The translations under genes were made by a program, and so were the position numbers. A DNA stretch of 64,000 nt, taken from NCBI GenBank assembly GCA_016182605.1, contig JACPGE010000107.1:10631-74630 (forward strand), written 5' to 3'. The notes below the pieces were generated by a model that ran no database searches, was not told where the DNA came from, and saw only the letters and a program-made list of their open reading frames with translations. This stretch comes from Candidatus Hydrogenedentota bacterium. Its GTDB lineage: Bacteria; Hydrogenedentota; Hydrogenedentia; Hydrogenedentales; JAEUWI01. Every line of letters starts with the position of its first letter. The stretch's first letter is position 1. Below, piece by piece: positions 59,311 to 64,000 of the stretch.

Positions 59311-60975
59311 ATCATCAATTCACCACCGATACAGAGCCCGGCGATTCCGGCGGAGCAGCATTTTGAAGGATTGCCGGTCAGCGACGGCGTAGTGATTGCG
59401 CCGGTGCACCTGTTGCGCCGGGAGCGCCGGGAGAACATCACGGCGTACACGCTGAGCCCGGGGGAGGTGCCGCGGGAGCTTGCCCGGCTGGAGCAGGCGT
59501 TGCAGCGTGCCGGGGCGGAACTGGATGCGTTGATTGAGGCGGTGACCCTCCGGATTGGCCCTGCGCAGGCCAACATATTTCTTGCGCAGAAGCTGATGAC
59601 GCAGGACGAGGTGCTGGTGGCACAGATGCGCGAGTATATTGACCAGCGCCACCGGAACGCGGAACTTGCCATAGCCCATACCCTGGACGGCTACGAGTCG
59701 CTTTTGCAGGAGGTTGACGACGATTACCTCAAGGAGCGCGCTTCAGACATCGGGGAGATGCGCCGGCGGTTGCTGGATTTGCTGCAGCCGGCCGCGGGGG
59801 AGGAGAAGAGCGCGGTTGATCTCCTGGGGGACGCCTCCGGATGCATCTTGATTGCGGAGGAACTCACGCCGGGGGAGACGGTCTTGCTGGACACCACGCG
59901 GGTCCGGGGATTTATCACGGAGCGCGGTGGCGCGGCCTCCCATGCGGCGATCCTTGCGCGGGCCTTGGGCATCCCATCGGTGAGCGGCATCAAGTCGATA
60001 CTTACGGCGTTTGAAGAGGGGGACATGGCGCTGTTGAACGGCACCACGGGCGACGTGGTGCGTATGCCGGGGGAGCGGACGCTTGCGCTTTACCCCGCGC
60101 TGGATCAGATCATCGAGCCGGTGATCGAGGTGGTGGCTCCGGTGCCCGGTTTCCAGGTGATGGGCAATATTTCCCTGACAACGGATTTGGAAACCTTGAA
60201 CCGGATGGAGCCCGATGGCATTGGGCTGTACCGCACGGAGTTCGAGTTTTTTTCCGCGGGGAAAGCCTTGAACGAGGATGAGCAGTACGCGTGTTACCGT
60301 ACGGTGGTGGAGGCGATGGGCGGCAAGCCAGTCTACATTCGTCTGCTCGATCTTGGGGGAGACAAGAGCGCGCCCTTTCTTGATCTTCCAAAGGAAGAGA
60401 ACCCCTGTTTGGGTTATCGCGGGTGCCGGTTGTTGCAAGGGGAGCCCAGTCTGTTTATTCCGCAGGCGCGTGCGCTGGCCCGCGCTTCGGTTCACGGTCC
60501 GATCCACATTGTGTATCCGATGATCGTGGATGTGACCCAGTTCGTCACGTTGCGCACACTCTTCAATCAGCATGTTGCCGGGATACCGCAGGGCACGATC
60601 TCCCATGGGGTTATGTTTGAGGTGCCGTCGGCGTGCCTGGAGGCCGCCGAGATTTATTCGGTAGCGGATTTTGGGAGCATTGGATCCAACGATCTTATTC
60701 AGTATCTTTTCGCGGTCGATCGCAACAACGATCTGGTCGCGCGGGACTACAGTCCCGATCGGAGCGCATTCTGGACCTTGATTCGCGTAATGGCGGATGC
60801 GGCGCAAGCTGCGGGGAAACCGCTGTCGCTTTGCGGCGAGATTGGGGGGCAGCCGCAGCATCTTCCGCGGCTGATGTCGCTGGGGCTGCGCAGCATCAGC
60901 GTGAGCCCGAGGTTGATACCGCTATCCCGTGCGACGGCGCGGCAGGTGCTTGGCGCGCGCGCAGCGGCGCAGTAG
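59311..60975 (+). CDS. ptsI: PEP-protein phosphotransferase (PTS enzyme I); start uncertain (ATC 59311/59314 or TTG 59371)
   Basis: YLKERASDI, GGAASHAAILARALGIP (phospho-His), GIGLYRTEF, EENPCLGYRG, MFEVP, SIGSNDLIQY, LCGE. Confidence 0.88.
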   Translation: MINSPPIQSPAIPAEQHFEGLPVSDGVVIAPVHLLRRERRENITAYTLSPGEVPRELARLEQALQRAGAELDALIEAVTLRIGPAQANIFLAQKLMTQDEVLVAQMREYIDQRHRNAELAIAHTLDGYESLLQEVDDDYLKERASDIGEMRRRLLDLLQPAAGEEKSAVDLLGDASGCILIAEELTPGETVLLDTTRVRGFITERGGAASHAAILARALGIPSVSGIKSILTAFEEGDMALLNGTTGDVVRMPGERTLALYPALDQIIEPVIEVVAPVPGFQVMGNISLTTDLETLNRMEPDGIGLYRTEFEFFSAGKALNEDEQYACYRTVVEAMGGKPVYIRLLDLGGDKSAPFLDLPKEENPCLGYRGCRLLQGEPSLFIPQARALARASVHGPIHIVYPMIVDVTQFVTLRTLFNQHVAGIPQGTISHGVMFEVPSACLEAAEIYSVADFGSIGSNDLIQYLFAVDRNNDLVARDYSPDRSAFWTLIRVMADAAQAAGKPLSLCGEIGGQPQHLPRLMSLGLRSISVSPRLIPLSRATARQVLGARAAAQ

Positions 60976-61208
60976 AACGGGGGTGCGTTACCGGGGGTGA
61001 CGGCGCGCCCGAAGTGGCGTTGCTGTGCGTGCAATTCCCGCAAAACCGGGAAAGTCTACGATACTTGTTTGCTTTAGCGGGCGTTGAGGAAGTACAATTC
61101 AGGCGTTACTTCGCTGTTCGTGGGCGGATTCTAGTTGGAGTCTGGCCGGGGAAACGGGCAGTTTGGGGGCAGAACTGCACACCATCGAGTGTGTCAGTCT
61201 GAGATGCA

Positions 61209-61559
61209 ATGGAATACATATTCGTTTTAGCGATGGTAGGTCTTGCAGCCGCGATGGTGGGCGGCGGGCTTTTCTTTTCCCGTTTGGTGGCGCCCCATAA
61301 TCCGGGCGGCAACAAATCGGTGCCGTATGAGTGCGGGGAACAACCCATCGGCCAGGCCTGGATTCAATTCAACGTGGGCTACTACCTCTTTGGCCTGCTG
61401 TTTCTCGTGTTCGATGTTGAAGCGGCGCTGATGTATCCCTGGGCGGTCGTATTTCGCAGCACGGGCCTGCCCGGTCTCATCGAGATGCTGATTTTCGTGC
61501 TGGTACTCGTCATCGGATTGATCTACGCCTGGCGCAAGGGGGTCCTCGAATGGGTCTAG
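61209..61559 (+). CDS. nuoA: NADH-quinone oxidoreductase subunit A
   Basis: [27 protein letters not shown]. Confidence 0.95.
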   Translation: MEYIFVLAMVGLAAAMVGGGLFFSRLVAPHNPGGNKSVPYECGEQPIGQAWIQFNVGYYLFGLLFLVFDVEAALMYPWAVVFRSTGLPGLIEMLIFVLVLVIGLIYAWRKGVLEWV

Positions 61560-62242
61560 TGCTGGAGAACCTGCCCGGCCTGGTGGAGCGCTTTCCTGGC
61601 GGATCGGTGGCGATTACCCGATTGGACGAGACGATCAATCTTGCGCGATCCAACAGCCTGTGGCCGCTGATGTTCGGGACGAAGTGCTGCGCGATCGAGA
61701 TGCTGATGGCAACCGGGGCTTCTCACCACGATCTGGCGCGCTTTGGCGCGGAAGTGGCGCGTGCCTCGGTGCGTCAGGCAGACCTGATGGTCATAGCCGG
61801 TGCGATCGTGAAGAAGATGGCGCCCCGCATGCGCCTGCTCTACGAGCAGATGGCCGAGCCCCGCTATGTCATCGCGACGGGATCGTGCGCCATTTCCGGC
61901 GGGCCGTTCATGTACAACTCGTACACGGTGGTCCGTGGGACCGATGAGATCATACCCGTGGACGTGTACGTGCCGGGATGTCCTCCGCGTCCGGAGGCTT
62001 TTTTTTGGGGCTTGTTGACGCTTCAGCGCATGATTCGCGAGGGGGAGACGATCCGTGAGCCGGGCGTGCGCAGGAAGCCGGTGATGTCTGCGTTGCCCGA
62101 CGGTGTGTCGCTCCAGGAGATCCGGCGGGAGATCCTCGCCGCGCTGGTGGAAGAGAACGTGGTCGATGTGGCGAAGGCTTCGGCGACAAAACCCTGGGCG
62201 CGCAAGGTGAGAGAATGGATTCAGAAAAACACCTCACGTTAG
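61550..62242 (+). CDS. nuoB: NADH-quinone oxidoreductase subunit B
   Basis: [36 protein letters not shown]. Confidence 0.95.
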   Translation: MGLVLENLPGLVERFPGGSVAITRLDETINLARSNSLWPLMFGTKCCAIEMLMATGASHHDLARFGAEVARASVRQADLMVIAGAIVKKMAPRMRLLYEQMAEPRYVIATGSCAISGGPFMYNSYTVVRGTDEIIPVDVYVPGCPPRPEAFFWGLLTLQRMIREGETIREPGVRRKPVMSALPDGVSLQEIRREILAALVEENVVDVAKASATKPWARKVREWIQKNTSR

Positions 62243-62679
62243 TTGAATCCCTTTATCCCACGGTGCAACGCCGGACGCAAAGCGATCGTCCCGCGATCAC
62301 GGTGGAGTGCGATCGTCTATTGGAACTGATGCAGACCCTGCGCGATCATGCCGGGCTGCGATTCGACCTGCTCCTGACCCATACGGCGGTGGACTATCCG
62401 GACGAGAACCGCTTCGAACTCCTCTATCTACTTTATTCCACGGTTCATGGAACCAGGATCCTTGTGGCCACGAACCTGGAACGGAGCCGGCCGGTTGCGC
62501 CTTCGGTTTGCGGGATCTGGCCCATTGCGGAGTGGCAGGAGCGCGAGGCCTACGATCTGATGGGAATACTCTACGACGAGCATCCCGATCTGCGGCGGAT
62601 ATTTCTGGAAGACGATTGGGAAGGCTTCCCGTTGCGCAAGGACTACCAGGACAGCTACATGCTGGAGCTTCCAAAATGA
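62215..62679 (+). CDS. nuoC: NADH-quinone oxidoreductase subunit C
   Basis: [33 protein letters not shown]. Confidence 0.93.
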   Translation: MDSEKHLTLVESLYPTVQRRTQSDRPAITVECDRLLELMQTLRDHAGLRFDLLLTHTAVDYPDENRFELLYLLYSTVHGTRILVATNLERSRPVAPSVCGIWPIAEWQEREAYDLMGILYDEHPDLRRIFLEDDWEGFPLRKDYQDSYMLELPK

Positions 62680-63839
62680 GCGTACGGGTTTGCACACTGG
62701 ACGACCTCCTGCATGCGCCCCTGGAAGCGGACAGCGATCTGACGACGCAAGAGTACCTGGTGAACATGGGGCCGCAGCACCCCATTGCCCACGGTTCGTT
62801 GCGCATCGTGCTGCGTCTGGACGGCGAGACCGTCAAGCACGTGCTTCCCGTTCCGGGCTACGTGCACCGCGGCGTGGAGAAGATGTGCGAGCATTTAACC
62901 TACCGGCAGATCATCCCGTACACGGATCGCCTGGACTATCTTTCCGCGATCATGAACAACTGGGCGGTGGCGAGGACGGTAGAGGCCGCGGCGGGCATTG
63001 AGACCAACGAGCGTATAGAGTACATCCGTACGATCATGTCCGAGCTGCAACGGCTGCAAAGCCATGCATTGTGGTGGGGCGTTACGGGGATGGACCTTGG
63101 CGCGTACACGGCGTTTCTCTATGGCTTCCGTGAGCGGGAGATCATTGGCGAGATCTTTGAAGAGACCATCGGCGCGCGCCTGACTATGAATTACATTCAG
63201 CCTGGCGGCCTTATGTATGACATCCGTCCGGACTTCGTCGCGAAGGTGAAGCGCTTGATTCCGTATCTGCGTGGATGTATCGAGCAGTACGAGACCTTGC
63301 TTACAGGAAACGCGATATTCCAGGAGCGTCTCCGCAACATTGGCATACTCGACGGGGCGAAGGCCCTTGCGCTGGGTTGCACCGGGCCGGTGTTGCGGGC
63401 GAGCGGCGTGCCCTACGATCTACGGGCTATCGAAGGCTACGGCATGTATGGCAAGGTGAACTTCAACGTCGTAGTGGGCAGCGTGGGGGATTGCTGGGAC
63501 CGTTATTACGTGCGGCTGGAAGAGATGCGCGAGTCCTTGCGTATCATAGAGCAGCTCATCGACAGCATCCCAGAAGGCGCGTTTTCGACGTTGCATTACA
63601 ATGCCGATGTGATCCTTCCGGAAGGGACGCACTACGGGCAGATTGAAACAGCCCGCGGCGTCTTTGGCGTGTTGATAGTCTCCGATGGCAAGAGCGGGAT
63701 CCCGTACCGGCTTCACTTTCGTTCGCCGAATTTCAACAACCTCTGGGTTGTGACAGCCATTGCCCCTGGATGGCGTATTGCCGACTTCATTTCCATTCAA
63801 TCCAGCCTTGACCTGGTTGTACCGGACATCGATCGATGA
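62676..63839 (+). CDS. nuoD: NADH-quinone oxidoreductase subunit D
   Basis: NMGPQHPIAHGSLR, GYVHRGVEK, DRLDYLS, TGPVLRASG, C-terminal PDIDR; no Ni-binding CxxC. Confidence 0.95.
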   Translation: MSVRVCTLDDLLHAPLEADSDLTTQEYLVNMGPQHPIAHGSLRIVLRLDGETVKHVLPVPGYVHRGVEKMCEHLTYRQIIPYTDRLDYLSAIMNNWAVARTVEAAAGIETNERIEYIRTIMSELQRLQSHALWWGVTGMDLGAYTAFLYGFREREIIGEIFEETIGARLTMNYIQPGGLMYDIRPDFVAKVKRLIPYLRGCIEQYETLLTGNAIFQERLRNIGILDGAKALALGCTGPVLRASGVPYDLRAIEGYGMYGKVNFNVVVGSVGDCWDRYYVRLEEMRESLRIIEQLIDSIPEGAFSTLHYNADVILPEGTHYGQIETARGVFGVLIVSDGKSGIPYRLHFRSPNFNNLWVVTAIAPGWRIADFISIQSSLDLVVPDIDR

Positions 63840-63849
63840 GCGCACACGC

Positions 63850-64000
63850 ATGACACATCCGATGCTTGCCATACCGGCCGCCCTCCCCGCGGGGAGTCCC
63901 TGGGGGGCACAGACGCTTGCGGAACGGGCGTCCGCGTCTCAGAATCTGTGGGTTACCGCAGGCTACTTTCTGCTGGCGATAGTGGGTGTGACCGTGCTCC
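63850..64000 (+). CDS. 5' end of a membrane protein, probably NuoH (partial)
   Basis: Open frame MTHPMLAIP...WVTAGYFLLAIVGVTVL running off the window directly after nuoD. Confidence 0.5.
   Translation, partial: MTHPMLAIPAALPAGSPWGAQTLAERASASQNLWVTAGYFLLAIVGVTVL

Noticed and set aside
62676-63839. Possible group 4 [NiFe]-hydrogenase large subunit
   Set aside because: No N- or C-terminal CxxC Ni-binding motifs; ordinary NuoD
1-64000. CRISPR arrays, tRNA/rRNA genes, integrases, transposases
   Set aside because: No regularly spaced repeats, cloverleaf or rRNA signatures, or recombinase motifs recognised by eye

Overview
High-GC bacterial chromosomal window. The DUF1559 pilin-like gene and overall gene style suggest Candidatus Hydrogenedentes or a PVC-like lineage; this is inference. 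There are three zones. (1) 1-1.9 kb: a WecC-type nucleotide-sugar dehydrogenase and a DUF2161 gene. (2) 2.3-40.8 kb: a large glycan-catabolic island with a sulfatase, an isomerase/FGGY kinase/class II aldolase block, GntR(AraR-like) and AraC regulators, two PhyH-family Fe(II)/2OG dioxygenases, a GHMP kinase, three GH51, GH78, GH38, two unclassified secreted GH-like proteins, a GPH symporter and a DUF1559 pilin-like protein. A recurring operator-like box (about TAWTGNTATYAATT) overlaps several of its promoters. (3) 41-64 kb: housekeeping genes, namely an atypical dcw cluster (mraZ-STAS-rsmH-ftsL-ftsI-murE-[no murF]-mraY with insertion-murD-ftsW-murG), HD-GYP, a fold-back element, thiolase/fadB, a metallophosphoesterase, PTS enzyme I and nuoABCD plus a probable nuoH start. 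No rRNA, tRNA, CRISPR array, integrase or transposase was recognised. Best leads: a STAS protein lacking the phospho-Ser inside the mraZ-rsmH junction, a sugar regulon that includes a pilin-like gene, a circularly permuted CBM-like domain, and dioxygenases embedded in a glycan locus. All calls are by eye from motifs; no searches were run.
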